Below, one piece after another: positions 18,111 to 30,087 of a DNA stretch of 64,000 nucleotides. The notes below the pieces were generated by a model. The model ran no database searches, was not told where the DNA came from, and worked only from the letters and a program-made list of their open reading frames with translations. A program made the position numbers and the translations under genes. The DNA comes from Schmidtea nova. Lineage: Eukaryota. The number at the start of each line of letters is the position of its first letter. The stretch's first letter is position 1. The DNA lies in assembly GCA_044892505.1 (NCBI GenBank), contig CM097884.1, positions 160,828,001-160,892,000 of the forward strand, written 5' to 3'.

Positions 18111-18414
18111 TCGATATATGTTTCCAATCTCTAGTTAAAGGTTTTCGAATTTCGAAATTTACTTTTCCTCGACAAAATCAAACAACGCATGGCAAATGTT
18201 TGCCATTTTCAATCAAATGACAATCTCTTTCACAAATCTCATAGAATTTTGATTTTGTAAAATTATTAATAATTTTTTTTCAAATATTGGTAACGACCTT
18301 GGAACGTTTATATTAATCCAATTTGTTGAATTTGATTTTGAGTAGAGCAAATTAGTTTCGACAAATTTACAACGTTTACAATCTTATCATGATGATAAGA
18401 AAGTGAAAAAAATA

Positions 18415-18486
18415 TTCCCTGACCGGGAGTCGAACCCGGGCCACCTGGGTGAGAGCCAGGAATCCTAACCGCTAGACCATCAGGGA
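18415..18486 (-). tRNA. trnE-CTC: tRNA-Glu(CTC)
   Basis: Same as 362-433. Confidence 0.96.
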
Positions 18487-18790
18487 TCGATATATGTTTC
18501 CAATCTCTAGTTAAAGGTTTTCGAATTTCGAAATTTACTTTTCCTCGACAAAATCAAACAACGCATGGCAAATGTTTGCCATTTTCAATCAAATGACAAT
18601 CTCTTTCACAAATCTCATAGAATTTTGATTTTGTAAAATTTTTAATAATTTTTTTTCAAATAATGGTAACGACCTTGGAACGTTTATATTAATCCAATTT
18701 GTTGAATTTGATTTTGAGTAGAGCAAATTAGTTTCGACAAATTTACAACGTTTACAATCTTATCATGATGATAAGAAAGTGAAAAAAATA

Positions 18791-18843
18791 TTCCCTGACC
18801 GGGAGTCGAACCCGGGCCACTTGGGTGAGAGCCAGGAATCCAA
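18791..18843 (-). pseudogene. tRNA-Glu (variant allele) disrupted by element copy 2
   Basis: nt 20-72 remain; substitutions at 18821 and 18842 shared with gene 43254-43325. Confidence 0.95.
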
Positions 18844-19374
18844 GTAAACGTTTATTAATTATAATAAATTTTCCAAATTTACAATGGGACAATGCTCTAC
18901 ATGGAGCATGCCTTTCATGAAAGATACAGCAAATAAAGAGACAGAATTTCAATGATAGTTAAAATCAAATGTGAGAAAATAAGGTCTCAATAAATGTTGC
19001 TTTTCATAAATGTTCCCTGGCGATGATTTGAAATATTTCATCGGACTGTTTTTCCGGCTTTGCGGCATCCTTCAGCCTATCTTTTCATGTCATGATCACA
19101 GTCTTTTTGTTTTCTGAGGAATCCGCAGCAATAAAACTTCTTCACGAGTCAAGGTGTCTAGAGACATTGAGTTTACAGACGCTAGAATTGGTTCTACTAA
19201 ATAAATATACAAATATACATATATACATATATAAATCCTCGGACTCGGGCGGAAATAAATCTAAAATAAATTTTATCTACAAATTAAAAAAAAAGGTTTA
19301 TACTATATACATTAAAATGGCAATTCTCCGCACAACGAGTGTCCGCATTTTGATCGTGGCATTCATTACAAATC

Positions 19375-22300
19375 TCACAAGTCTCTAAGATAACCAGTCG
19401 TATGAAAATGCCACCTATTGGCTGAGTGTTTGATATTACTTATCGCACACTGTTTCAAAAGAGGATCGATTTTCTTCAAAGGTATTCCAACCTTTAAAAG
19501 AACATCGAAAGTCAAAGGTGGAATTGATCCTAGAGAACCAATGATACAAGTGAGTAGTTCTACCTTGTAATCAGGTTTCGCGATTTGAATTGCCTTTCTT
19601 AACGATTCGTATTTTAACAGGTTTTCTTTATTTACCTGCTCAAAACTCGAAAGACAATCAATCGGACATTTCATGTCTACCATGAGAATTCTTTTCCTAT
19701 TTACGTCGGTGATGATGAGGTCAACTCGCTCTTTAGAGTATGGAACCAACGAACAAGTTTGATCGATAACGACAATAAGATTCGGATCTGTCAGTTGATC
19801 TGTTATCAATTTCAAACAATCATTGTGTCTTTTTGTTGCAAGTGTTTGATGAACTTTACATGATTGCAAAACATGTGCCATTGTTTCCTCCTCAGAGTGG
19901 CAGCGACGACAAAGTCTTTCTTTTACATTTCGATAAGGTTTAGCTAGAAATGACAATGTATTCGTGCGAGCACGATGGATGAAATTCCAAGAGAATTCTG
20001 ACAGATCACTTCGAAAGATTGCTTTATTGATCTTAGGCGAAAGAGTGATTGCTGATGCGATCAAATTACTTTTATTACTACTTTGCCATTTGGAAAGATA
20101 AGAATCAAAAAGCGTATCATGCAAGATCTTAGAAATAGAATTCCGAAAATCGGGAGTTGCGATCAATGTACCTCGCTCTTTTGTTGTAATATGAAGCACA
20201 GGTTCATTATTTAGGGTTTGAAAGGATATCCTAATGGCATGAATTTTATTCAGGAATTCTACAGATGTTCGCGCTCTCCGAAAACGTGTTTTCTTTCCAT
20301 GATGGATGCGCTTGCATTCAATGCCATTTAACCAATCAAAGCTATCCTGAAGAGTTGGATGCTGAATTCCAAGTCGAGAACTAGTGACAAATTTCAAAGA
20401 GTCTGTATTGATCTTTTTTGCATAATTGCAAATGGAAGTAAAAAGTCGAAAAAAGTGCACTATGGTTTGGACATGATATTCGTCAAGCAGGTCAACACAA
20501 GAAGCTCCACCATTTTCCGTGGAGTTGTAAAAATATGAAATCTCTGAATTTTCAGGAAGATTCATCATTTTTCTCAAATGACTTCTCAATTTACTTGTGT
20601 TGTTACCAGTGACATTGCTATTTCCATAAGGGATTGCCAAAGTACTTGTTTTTATTTCCCTCGTTCTAAAAGGAAAGATGAGGCGTGAATGTAGAAAAAT
20701 CTTGTAAGCTTTGAGTTTTTGCCAGCCTAACAAGTCAGAGTTTGCAAGTTTTTTGGCGTCAGATATTACCTTATTTAGGATATCATAAGGGCTTTGATCA
20801 ATATCTTCTCCAACTGGGACACCAAGATACTGATAGAACTCGCGAGATAGCAATTTCTTGATTTTGATATTTTCAATAGAAATTTCACTATCTATGTGGA
20901 CCTTAGGAAGTTGAATGTATCCACATTTTTCTGGTCGATATACAAAACCTATTTGTGCAGCAGTGTCAACAGCTATATCAGTGATTCGTTGCAAGTCACT
21001 GACATTTTTTGATATTAAAGCAATGTCGTCTGCGTATGCAAGAATTTGTAACGGAGATGTGCCAATCATGAATGGTTCTACTGTCGATCGGCTGACAGCT
21101 TCAAGTACCGGATTAATCGCAATGGCGAATAAAATCATTGAAATTGGGCATCCTTGTTTCACCCCTTGTCTAATAGCTATGTTTGAAGTGAGAACTGGTC
21201 CGCAACTGTACATAGAAGATGTGTCGGAATAAAGTAGTTGCAATATCGTAGTGAACTCATCACATACGCCAATATATCGAAGGACAGACCACATGTATTC
21301 ATGAGGGACACTACCAAATGCGTCTTTAATGTCAAGCCATGCAATCGATATTGGACAATCTTTACTATATTTAGAGTGTTCCAAAGCAGCTGTCAGTATG
21401 GAATTGTGTTCAACACAGCCATCGTGTTCTGAACCTCCCTTTTGTCCAATGTGTAGAATGTTGTTCAAATCTACCCAAGTAGTAAGACGTCTAGCCAATA
21501 TCGAAGCAAAAACCTTATAAATCACTGACAATAAGGCAATCGGCCTCCAAGATGACACATTATCGTATTTGTCATTCTTGTCAGGTTTCGGAATCAAAAG
21601 AGTCCTGAAAGATTTCCAATCATTTGGAACGATTTTATCGGTTATTATTCGGTTAAAAAGAAATGCAAGGAGATCCCCATCGGGATCCAAAAGACGCAAA
21701 TCTCTATATTGAATACCATCAGAACCAGGAGATGTGTTGTCAGCTTTTTTAAGCTCAAACAATACCTCGACTGGCAATATTCGATCGAGTTTCAAAGGCT
21801 TTTGTGATTTTTTACAGAATTGAAGGACAGAATTCCAGCATTTGGATATAGGTAATGCGTGACTATAATATTTAATAATGTCTTCAATTGAAGGCCTTAC
21901 ATTTATTTTAAAATTATCAATGATTTTACTGACGGCTCTTTTCATTTCCGTCATAAATAGAGAAATAATTTGAGTTTTATTTAATTTTGAGTTATCTCTC
22001 TTATTTTTCCCTAAATAAAGTTTAAAAGTTGATTTCTTACGATCAGGAAATTCTTTGATAATTATGTCAATGATCTCATTGACAGTTGAAAATTTAATTG
22101 CTATTAAAAGGTCTTTGATTTTAATTTTGCGTTGAATTAAATTTAATTTAACTAGTTCCTTTTCATTCCCTTTTGGTATTATTTTAGTGTTAATTTTATT
22201 TGTTTTATTGGCAACTGGAACTAAGGAACTAATAACATTTCCAATATCGCGCAGGTTGATGTTTTCAAGGGATATGTCACAAGCATAATGTTTGATAAAT

Positions 22301-23955
22301 GCGCATATAAGTATTTTACAGAGAAGACCTGAACCTCGCACATCATGTGGACAAATACCGTTTGTCAATGCACGACCAGGGGTTTCTCGTAATTCATTAA
22401 TTTTTTCAATGATGGTTTTACTCATTGAGAGATAATTAATACCGGATAAAAGAGTTGTTGGATTCAAAATATAATGTGCATCGGTATTGTAATCTATTAT
22501 TAATAAGTTTTCCCTTGATTTTTGGGGGGTTATAACTGAAAAAATGACTTGTGCTTTAACAAGACATTCATAATTTAGAAATGTACTGATGTATTGGGTA
22601 CAATCATCGAGGATCGCCGTTGACATTGTTGCGTTTAACAAGATAAAGGTCGGTGATAATTTTAGATTGTTAAAATAAGTTGTTAGAATTTGATCGTCAA
22701 GCTTCCCATTTATTGTGTCTAAGTTTAAACAGATTTCATTTACATGTTTTAGTTTCAATGATTTTAGTGATTTTGTAGTATCTTCAAGATTGGCAATGTT
22801 ATTAAAAATTAACTTTTCTAATAAAGTAATGAAATATGATGCCATTATGATTGGTTCAACGGAAAATATTGGTGAGAAACTGATCTCGTGATCAATGATA
22901 AAGTTAATCTTTCTCTGAAGGAAAAATTGATTCAAATAATCGGTCATATTTTCTCCTATACCGATTAATCTTTCTTTTACAGTTTGAAAGCCTGTAGTAA
23001 AAATGTGACTTTTTCCGAGTTGAACAGAGAACAGAAATAAGCACCAAGAGTTGTTATTTGGAATAATACTTATTACATGTTCAATGTATTGAAATTGTTT
23101 GAAAGTCACGTTTTCAATAATGAAAGCATTATTTTGCGCAACTATATTTGACGTTAATTCGGGAGAGAGAACCATTATATTAGTGTAGGTTGAAAACCAT
23201 TTATCAATCAATGTTGATATGCATGGGTTTTCGTTATATAGCATGATGTTATTTGCTTTGCTTTTATATCTAACTGCTTTCTTGAAGTTGATCAAGTTCA
23301 TAAAGTTTGACTTTGGCGGACCACCTCCAATTGTTTTTGATGTAATAGTGGTACAGTTAGCATTATTATTGAAAACATCTTCCCTTATACTATTTACAAA
23401 ATTATCAGGAAAGTATTCCCAAACTTGACTAATTATCAATGCGTAAGCGCAGACAAAAGGCCCACAATCAAAGTCGTTATTTTGATATTCAAGTTTAATA
23501 TGGGGATTATATGTTACCGCCGCTTTAAGTTTAAACAATTTATTTAAAGCCATATTTATTTTAAGGGCGCTTGTTTTGTTGATAAATTTATTTTTATTTT
23601 CAAGAATTGGATCAATGTAGTACGAAAGTAAGGATGATTTACAGTACACGAACAAGATCCAATGTGCGTTTGATATATTTAATGGGCAAAGTATTATTTG
23701 TGCGTTAAACACTGTTTCTGGCAAGGAAATTATATTTTCCTCAAGATTTGCAAGTAAAATGCTAACAATATAACATTTAATGCAAGCATACATTTGGCTA
23801 CTGATATGACGCTCAAGATAAAAGTCAATGTCATCATCAGTGAACCAGGCCTTTGGATCACGCACGGAATTTAAATTATTTACAGTTTTATTACTTGTGC
23901 TGTCTGCATCAGTCTCTTTTGAGATTGGGGCAGATATTAGGACTGATGCAGGCAC
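19375..23955 (-). CDS. ORF2 (Ulp1-like/RT/CCHC/RLE), copy 2, 1526 aa
   Basis: Near-identical to copy 1, all motifs intact. Confidence 0.95.
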   Translation of the reverse strand: MPASVLISAPISKETDADSTSNKTVNNLNSVRDPKAWFTDDDIDFYLERHISSQMYACIKCYIVSILLANLEENIISLPETVFNAQIILCPLNISNAHWILFVYCKSSLLSYYIDPILENKNKFINKTSALKINMALNKLFKLKAAVTYNPHIKLEYQNNDFDCGPFVCAYALIISQVWEYFPDNFVNSIREDVFNNNANCTTITSKTIGGGPPKSNFMNLINFKKAVRYKSKANNIMLYNENPCISTLIDKWFSTYTNIMVLSPELTSNIVAQNNAFIIENVTFKQFQYIEHVISIIPNNNSWCLFLFSVQLGKSHIFTTGFQTVKERLIGIGENMTDYLNQFFLQRKINFIIDHEISFSPIFSVEPIIMASYFITLLEKLIFNNIANLEDTTKSLKSLKLKHVNEICLNLDTINGKLDDQILTTYFNNLKLSPTFILLNATMSTAILDDCTQYISTFLNYECLVKAQVIFSVITPQKSRENLLIIDYNTDAHYILNPTTLLSGINYLSMSKTIIEKINELRETPGRALTNGICPHDVRGSGLLCKILICAFIKHYACDISLENINLRDIGNVISSLVPVANKTNKINTKIIPKGNEKELVKLNLIQRKIKIKDLLIAIKFSTVNEIIDIIIKEFPDRKKSTFKLYLGKNKRDNSKLNKTQIISLFMTEMKRAVSKIIDNFKINVRPSIEDIIKYYSHALPISKCWNSVLQFCKKSQKPLKLDRILPVEVLFELKKADNTSPGSDGIQYRDLRLLDPDGDLLAFLFNRIITDKIVPNDWKSFRTLLIPKPDKNDKYDNVSSWRPIALLSVIYKVFASILARRLTTWVDLNNILHIGQKGGSEHDGCVEHNSILTAALEHSKYSKDCPISIAWLDIKDAFGSVPHEYMWSVLRYIGVCDEFTTILQLLYSDTSSMYSCGPVLTSNIAIRQGVKQGCPISMILFAIAINPVLEAVSRSTVEPFMIGTSPLQILAYADDIALISKNVSDLQRITDIAVDTAAQIGFVYRPEKCGYIQLPKVHIDSEISIENIKIKKLLSREFYQYLGVPVGEDIDQSPYDILNKVISDAKKLANSDLLGWQKLKAYKIFLHSRLIFPFRTREIKTSTLAIPYGNSNVTGNNTSKLRSHLRKMMNLPENSEISYFYNSTENGGASCVDLLDEYHVQTIVHFFRLFTSICNYAKKINTDSLKFVTSSRLGIQHPTLQDSFDWLNGIECKRIHHGKKTRFRRARTSVEFLNKIHAIRISFQTLNNEPVLHITTKERGTLIATPDFRNSISKILHDTLFDSYLSKWQSSNKSNLIASAITLSPKINKAIFRSDLSEFSWNFIHRARTNTLSFLAKPYRNVKERLCRRCHSEEETMAHVLQSCKVHQTLATKRHNDCLKLITDQLTDPNLIVVIDQTCSLVPYSKERVDLIITDVNRKRILMVDMKCPIDCLSSFEQVNKENLLKYESLRKAIQIAKPDYKVELLTCIIGSLGSIPPLTFDVLLKVGIPLKKIDPLLKQCAISNIKHSANRWHFHTTGYLRDL

Positions 23956-23964
23956 ACACCTTCA
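23896..23964 (-). promoter_or_regulatory. Putative UGA readthrough cassette, copy 2
   Basis: Same in-frame TGA and 11-bp stem as copy 1. Confidence 0.6.
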
Positions 23965-26721
23965 TTTATTTTTTTGTGTTACGCGCTTCGGTCTTTTAAT
24001 AGTTTTGCGATGAATATTAATTATTTCCTCATTTGACGTAGCTGGACCTAAATCAATGTCAGTGGGAAGCAAGCGCTTAAGACTTTCTCTGTCTTTGTCT
24101 GATGTCAATAGAATGTTATCATCTATGTTAGGGGAAGGAGATATTTCTACAGATTCTTCATTAGAATCAACGACATTCTCAACAGTTTTCACACTATCAA
24201 TTGTTGTATCGACATTTTCAGCAATCGTCTCAGAATTTACATGTGGTAAAACATATTCAAGTAGTCTCGAAATGTGTACGCTCATACTAGGTGTACAAAT
24301 TTTCCTACAATATTGAGGAACACGGAAACGTCTGTTGCCATTTAAGAAATATCTCTTATCTCTTATTACAAAAAACACGAGTCTCTTTGCTCTTAAAATC
24401 TCATCATCGGTTAGTTCAGATTCAAAATCATTGATCTTACTAGATATTATATTAAGCGCCTTGATTTGATCCGACTTATTTGGAAGAGACTTATCTACAA
24501 ACTCTAAGAAAGCATTTAACTCAGAAATAGTTTTGGGAGAGATTATGTTATGGATCTTGTCAATCTCTTGAGACAAATTAACCTGCTTTAGTTTCAGAAG
24601 TCTTTCCTGACAACTAGTTTTATAATAAGAACTACTGAGATTCTCGATCATTTCTGGGCCCCATATCTCAATCGTGTCAATGTCCAATGAGTACGAGTTT
24701 TCAATATCTGTTATGGAATGCATTAAAAAGCAATTCCTAAGATAGTTTTGAACGTATATATCAAAACTCGGCTTAATAATTAATTTTAGGGAATCCCTTA
24801 ATTTTAAATAATTTAGGTAAAAAATTATGTCAACCAGTTTTTGAGATGAAGTTGGTTGATCAAGAAGAGAACTAAACACATTGTCATCCTCTGACATCTG
24901 AACAAAGTTCAGTAGCCCTAAATTAAACATGATATCGGAGGCACCATCTTCGTGCACAGCGACTGAATTTTCACTATAAATTTTAATAAATTTGCCCCCT
25001 GTAAATGAAATCTGTTCAGGGAATTTATTTTCAGATTTTAATTTTTCTATTAAATTATTTAATGCGTGAGGATTAGCATATGTGTTTTCAATAAAACACA
25101 ATTCCTCAATTTCTGGGTGTGATTTAAATAAATTTTGTAATTGCAACCTTGACAATTCAGATGCAGTTTGAGTTGAGAAAATTTCATCTGAATCGCAAGT
25201 GCTAAGAATATCGAGCATTACAAAATCTCCGTCTAGATATTTAATCTGTGATTTTATTAAAAAGTCAGGGAGCTCTTTTCGCTGTTTTAATTCGCGAAGA
25301 ATATTATTAATTTGTATTTCCCTGGACTTTAAATTACTAATAGACACAGTGCCGGCCAGTTTCGACGAAAGGGAACAAAGAAAACGCTTAATAATTGAAG
25401 AAGCCGGGACAAATTTCGTATTTGTATTGTTGGCCTTCAAAATGTTTGATCCAATCAAAAACGTCTTTGTAGAGGATTTTAAAATATTATTATTTAAAGG
25501 GACAACTTTATCAGGCACCAAATTCTGAAAAACACAGATATTATGATTTCTATAAAAGAAACCTTCAAACCCAGCGATGCTTAGTGGATTTTCCTCTTTT
25601 ATAATAATTAAAAGGTCATTGTTAATTAAATCAAATTTGTTGCTTGATTCTTTTAATTTCAAAAGTTTGTGAAATTTGGGAAATAATCTAAGAAAAGAAT
25701 TTTTCTCCTTTTTTGTTAATATACGCGGTAAAATATTTTCAAAAATTTCTTTTTTTAATTTAAGATGAGAATTTTTATTTTTATTATTATTTCTGAAATT
25801 AGAATTTGATTTCATTTTCAAACTTTCCAATTTGAAATTTCGTTTATTTTGAAAGTTCTTATCAGTATTAAAATTATTTTTAGATTTAATTTCCTGATCA
25901 TTTGATTTTAAATTAGAAATGTTATTTGCAGTTGAAATTTCGAAATTTTCAAAATTTCGATTGTTTAAATTATCCAATTTAATCGCAGGTAAATTAATAT
26001 TTTCAAAAACAGGTTTAATAATTTTCTTTTTATTTTCATTATTATTATTAATAGTTATATTATAATTTTCCAGCCAATTTCCATCGATTGCATAGCTTTC
26101 AGGAGTAGATCCATCATCTAGTAGAAGGATCTTTTCAAAATTATTATTTTTATTAAAAAATAAATTTTTGTTATTTAGATTTTTGTTATTTAAAGTACTT
26201 TTTACATTATTATTATTATCTTTATAATCACTTAAATTTTGACTATTCGGCTTTTCTAGTTGAATTGTTCGTTCATTTTTAGTCTGTGTAGAATTATTTC
26301 TGTAAATTGTCGACTTATTTAATAAAATTTTATGACATGAATAGCAAAGATTGCCTGCACTTTTGTCATTTTTATTTACATTCAAAGAGTTGTCATACAA
26401 TTCGCTATTTTTATCTAAATTAGGAATTATTCTAAAATTTTCAATATTAGATTTACAATTAAAAGTAGATAAATTAGCATATAAATTACCACGACCAAAA
26501 CCGGACACACCATTGTCAGAATAACCATTGTGAAAATTACAATTATAATTTAAATTATCATTTAGATTTTTCGAACCAAAATTAGATATAGGTTTATTTA
26601 CAAAATCTTGGTTCGAAACTTCCAAAAATTTAACAATATAATCTAACTTACAGTTATTAGAATAAATCATCCTTTCAAGCTCTGACAAATTCGCCCCAAA
26701 TGGCACAAAATTATCCTGCAT
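23962..26721 (-). CDS. ORF1, copy 2, 919 aa
   Basis: As copy 1 with extra NNKNL repeat. Confidence 0.85.
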   Translation of the reverse strand: MQDNFVPFGANLSELERMIYSNNCKLDYIVKFLEVSNQDFVNKPISNFGSKNLNDNLNYNCNFHNGYSDNGVSGFGRGNLYANLSTFNCKSNIENFRIIPNLDKNSELYDNSLNVNKNDKSAGNLCYSCHKILLNKSTIYRNNSTQTKNERTIQLEKPNSQNLSDYKDNNNNVKSTLNNKNLNNKNLFFNKNNNFEKILLLDDGSTPESYAIDGNWLENYNITINNNNENKKKIIKPVFENINLPAIKLDNLNNRNFENFEISTANNISNLKSNDQEIKSKNNFNTDKNFQNKRNFKLESLKMKSNSNFRNNNKNKNSHLKLKKEIFENILPRILTKKEKNSFLRLFPKFHKLLKLKESSNKFDLINNDLLIIIKEENPLSIAGFEGFFYRNHNICVFQNLVPDKVVPLNNNILKSSTKTFLIGSNILKANNTNTKFVPASSIIKRFLCSLSSKLAGTVSISNLKSREIQINNILRELKQRKELPDFLIKSQIKYLDGDFVMLDILSTCDSDEIFSTQTASELSRLQLQNLFKSHPEIEELCFIENTYANPHALNNLIEKLKSENKFPEQISFTGGKFIKIYSENSVAVHEDGASDIMFNLGLLNFVQMSEDDNVFSSLLDQPTSSQKLVDIIFYLNYLKLRDSLKLIIKPSFDIYVQNYLRNCFLMHSITDIENSYSLDIDTIEIWGPEMIENLSSSYYKTSCQERLLKLKQVNLSQEIDKIHNIISPKTISELNAFLEFVDKSLPNKSDQIKALNIISSKINDFESELTDDEILRAKRLVFFVIRDKRYFLNGNRRFRVPQYCRKICTPSMSVHISRLLEYVLPHVNSETIAENVDTTIDSVKTVENVVDSNEESVEISPSPNIDDNILLTSDKDRESLKRLLPTDIDLGPATSNEEIINIHRKTIKRPKRVTQKNK

Positions 26722-27081
26722 TAATATTTTAAAAAATTTATTTACCTTTTCAATATCTTTCTTATAAATTTATTATAATGAGTTATTTAAACAAATTTAT
26801 ATTAAAGGTTTTCAAATTTCGAAATTTACTTTTCCTCGACAAAATCAAACAACGCATGGCAAATGTTTGCCATTTTCAATCAAATGACAATCTCTTTCAC
26901 AAATCTCATAGAATTTTGATTTTGTAAAATTATTAATAATTTTTTTTCAAATAATGGTAACGACCTTGGAACGTTTATATTAATCCAATTTGTTGAATTT
27001 GATTTTGAGTAGAGCAAATTAGTTTCGACAAATTTACAACGTTTACAATCTTATCATGATGATAAGAAAGTGAAAAAAATA

Positions 27082-27153
27082 TTCCCTGACCGGGAGTCGA
27101 ACCCGGGCCACCTGGGTGAGAGCCAGGAATCCTAACCGCTAGACCATCAGGGA
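27082..27153 (-). tRNA. trnE-CTC: tRNA-Glu(CTC)
   Basis: Same as 362-433. Confidence 0.96.
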
Positions 27154-27457
27154 TCGATATATGTTTCCAATCTCTAGTTAAAGGTTTTCGAATTTCGAAA
27201 TTTACTTTTCCTCGACAAAATCAAACAACGCATGGCAAATGTTTGCCATTTTCAATCAAATGACAATCTCTTTCACAATTCTCATAGAATTTTGATTTTG
27301 TAAAATTATTAATAATTTTTTTTCAAATAATGGTAACGACCTTGGAACGTTTATATTAATCCAATTTGTTGAATTTGATTTTGAGTAGAGCAAATTAGTT
27401 TCGACAAATTTACAACGTTTACAATCTTATCATGATGATAAGAAAGTGAAAAAAATA

Positions 27458-27529
27458 TTCCCTGACCGGGAGTCGAACCCGGGCCACCTGGGTGAGAGCC
27501 AGGAATCCTAACCGCTAGACCATCAGGGA
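27458..27529 (-). tRNA. trnE-CTC: tRNA-Glu(CTC)
   Basis: Same as 362-433. Confidence 0.96.
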
Positions 27530-27831
27530 TCGATATGTTTCCAATCTCTAGTTAAAGGTTTTCGAATTTCGAAATTTACTTTTCCTCGACAAAATCAAAC
27601 AACGCATGGCAAATGTTTGCCATTTTCAATCAAATGACAATCTCTTTCACAAATCTCATAGAATTTTGATTTTGTAAAATTATTAATAATTTTTTTTCAA
27701 ATATTGGTAACGACCTTGGAACGTTTATATTAATCCAATTTGTTGAATTTGATTTTGAGTAGAGCAAATTAGTTTCGACAAATTTACAACGTTTACAATC
27801 TTATCATGATGATAAGAAAGTGAAAAAAATA

Positions 27832-27903
27832 TTCCCTGACCGGGAGTCGAACCCGGGCCACCTGGGTGAGAGCCAGGAATCCTAACCGCTAGACCATCAG
27901 GGA
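27832..27903 (-). tRNA. trnE-CTC: tRNA-Glu(CTC)
   Basis: Same as 362-433. Confidence 0.96.
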
Positions 27904-28207
27904 TCGATATATGTTTCCAATCTCTAGTTAAAGGTTTTCGAATTTCGAAATTTACTTTTCCTCGACAAAATCAAACAACGCATGGCAAATGTTTGCCATT
28001 TTCAATCAAATGACAATCTCTTTCACAAATCTCATAGAATTTTGATTTTGTAAAATTATTAATAATTTTTTTTCAAATAATGGTAACGACCTTGGAACGT
28101 TTATATTAATCCAATTTGTTGAATTTGATTTTGAGTAGAGCAAATTAGTTTCGACAAATTTACAACGTTTACAATCTTATCATGATGATAAGAAAGTGAA
28201 AAAAATA

Positions 28208-28279
28208 TTCCCTGACCGGGAGTCGAACCCGGGCCACCTGGGTGAGAGCCAGGAATCCTAACCGCTAGACCATCAGGGA
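28208..28279 (-). tRNA. trnE-CTC: tRNA-Glu(CTC)
   Basis: Same as 362-433. Confidence 0.96.
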
Positions 28280-28583
28280 TCGATATATGTTTCCAATCTC
28301 TAGTTAAAGGTTTTCGAATTTCGAAATTTACTTTTCCTCGACAAAATCAAACAACGCATGGCAAATGTTTGCCATTTTCAATCAAATGACAATCTCTTTC
28401 ACAAATCTCATAGAATTTTGATTTTGTAAAATTATTAATAATTTTTTTTCAAATATTGGTAACGACCTTGGAACGTTTATATTAATCCAATTTGTTGAAT
28501 TTGATTTTGAGTAGAGCAAATTAGTTTCGACAAATTTACAACGTTTACAATCTTATCATGATGATAAGAAAGTGAAAAAAATA

Positions 28584-28655
28584 TTCCCTGACCGGGAGTC
28601 GAACCCGGGCCACCTGGGTGAGAGCCAGGAATCCTAACCGCTAGACCATCAGGGA
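28584..28655 (-). tRNA. trnE-CTC: tRNA-Glu(CTC)
   Basis: Same as 362-433. Confidence 0.96.
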
Positions 28656-28959
28656 TCGATATATGTTTCCAATCTCTAGTTAAAGGTTTTCGAATTTCGA
28701 AATTTACTTTTCCTCGACAAAATCAAACAACGCATGGCAAATGTTTGCCATTTTCAATCAAATGACAATCTCTTTCACAAATCTCATAGAATTTTGATTT
28801 TGTAAAATTATTAATAATTTTTTTTCAAATAATGGTAACGACCTTGGAACGTTTATATTAATCCAATTTGTTGAATTTGATTTTGAGTAGAGCAAATTAG
28901 TTTCGACAAATTTACAACGTTTACAATCTTATCATGATGATAAGAAAGTGAAAAAAATA

Positions 28960-29031
28960 TTCCCTGACCGGGAGTCGAACCCGGGCCACCTGGGTGAGAG
29001 CCAGGAATCCTAACCGCTAGACCATCAGGGA
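28960..29031 (-). tRNA. trnE-CTC: tRNA-Glu(CTC)
   Basis: Same as 362-433. Confidence 0.96.
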
Positions 29032-29335
29032 TCGATATATGTTTCCAATCTCTAGTTAAAGGTTTTCGAATTTCGAAATTTACTTTTCCTCGACAAAATC
29101 AAACAACGCATGGCAAATGTTTGCCATTTTCAATCAAATGACAATCTCTTTCACAAATCTCATAGAATTTTGATTTTGTAAAATTATTAATAATTTTTTT
29201 TCAAATAATGGTAACGACCTTGGAACGTTTATATTAATCCAATTTGTTGAATTTGATTTTGAGTAGAGCAAATTAGTTTCGACAAATTTACAACGTTTAC
29301 AATCTTATCATGATGATAAGAAAGTGAAAAAAATA

Positions 29336-29407
29336 TTCCCTGACCGGGAGTCGAACCCGGGCCACCTGGGTGAGAGCCAGGAATCCTAACCGCTAGACCA
29401 TCAGGGA
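29336..29407 (-). tRNA. trnE-CTC: tRNA-Glu(CTC)
   Basis: Same as 362-433. Confidence 0.96.
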
Positions 29408-29711
29408 TCGATATATGTTTCCAATCTCTAGTTAAAGGTTTTCGAATTTCGAAATTTACTTTTCCTCGACAAAATCAAACAACGCATGGCAAATGTTTGC
29501 CATTTTCAATCAAATGACAATCTCTTTCACAAATCTCATAGAATTTTGATTTTGTAAAATTATTAATAATTTTTTTTCAAATAATGGTAACGACCTTGGA
29601 ACGTTTATATTAATCCAATTTGTTGAATTTGATTTTGAGTAGAGCAAATTAGTTTCGACAAATTTACAACGTTTACAATCTTATCATGATGATAAGAAAG
29701 TGAAAAAAATA

Positions 29712-29783
29712 TTCCCTGACCGGGAGTCGAACCCGGGCCACCTGGGTGAGAGCCAGGAATCCTAACCGCTAGACCATCAGGGA
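29712..29783 (-). tRNA. trnE-CTC: tRNA-Glu(CTC)
   Basis: Same as 362-433. Confidence 0.96.
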
Positions 29784-30087
29784 TCGATATATGTTTCCAA
29801 TCTCTAGTTAAAGGTTTTCGAATTTCGAAATTTACTTTTCCTCGACAAAATCAAACAACGCATGGCAAATGTTTGCCATTTTCAATCAAATGACAATCTC
29901 TTTCACAATTCTCATAGAATTTTGATTTTGTAAAATTATTAATAATTTTTTTTCAAATATTGGTAACGACCTTGGAACGTTTATATTAATCCAATTTGTT
30001 GAATTTGATTTTGAGTAGAGCAAATTAGTTTCGACAAATTTACAACGTTTACAATCTTATCATGATGATAAGAAAGTGAAAAAAATA

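Larger units (their letters stand above)
10990..18843 (-). repeat. tRNA-Glu array block B (20 full-length genes + disrupted gene)
   Basis: 11271 + 376k; 18791-11271 = 20 x 376. Confidence 0.98.
18844..26801 (-). mobile_element. tRNA-Glu-targeting RLE retrotransposon, copy 2, 7958 bp
   Basis: Same junctions as copy 1; +15 bp in ORF1. Confidence 0.95.
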
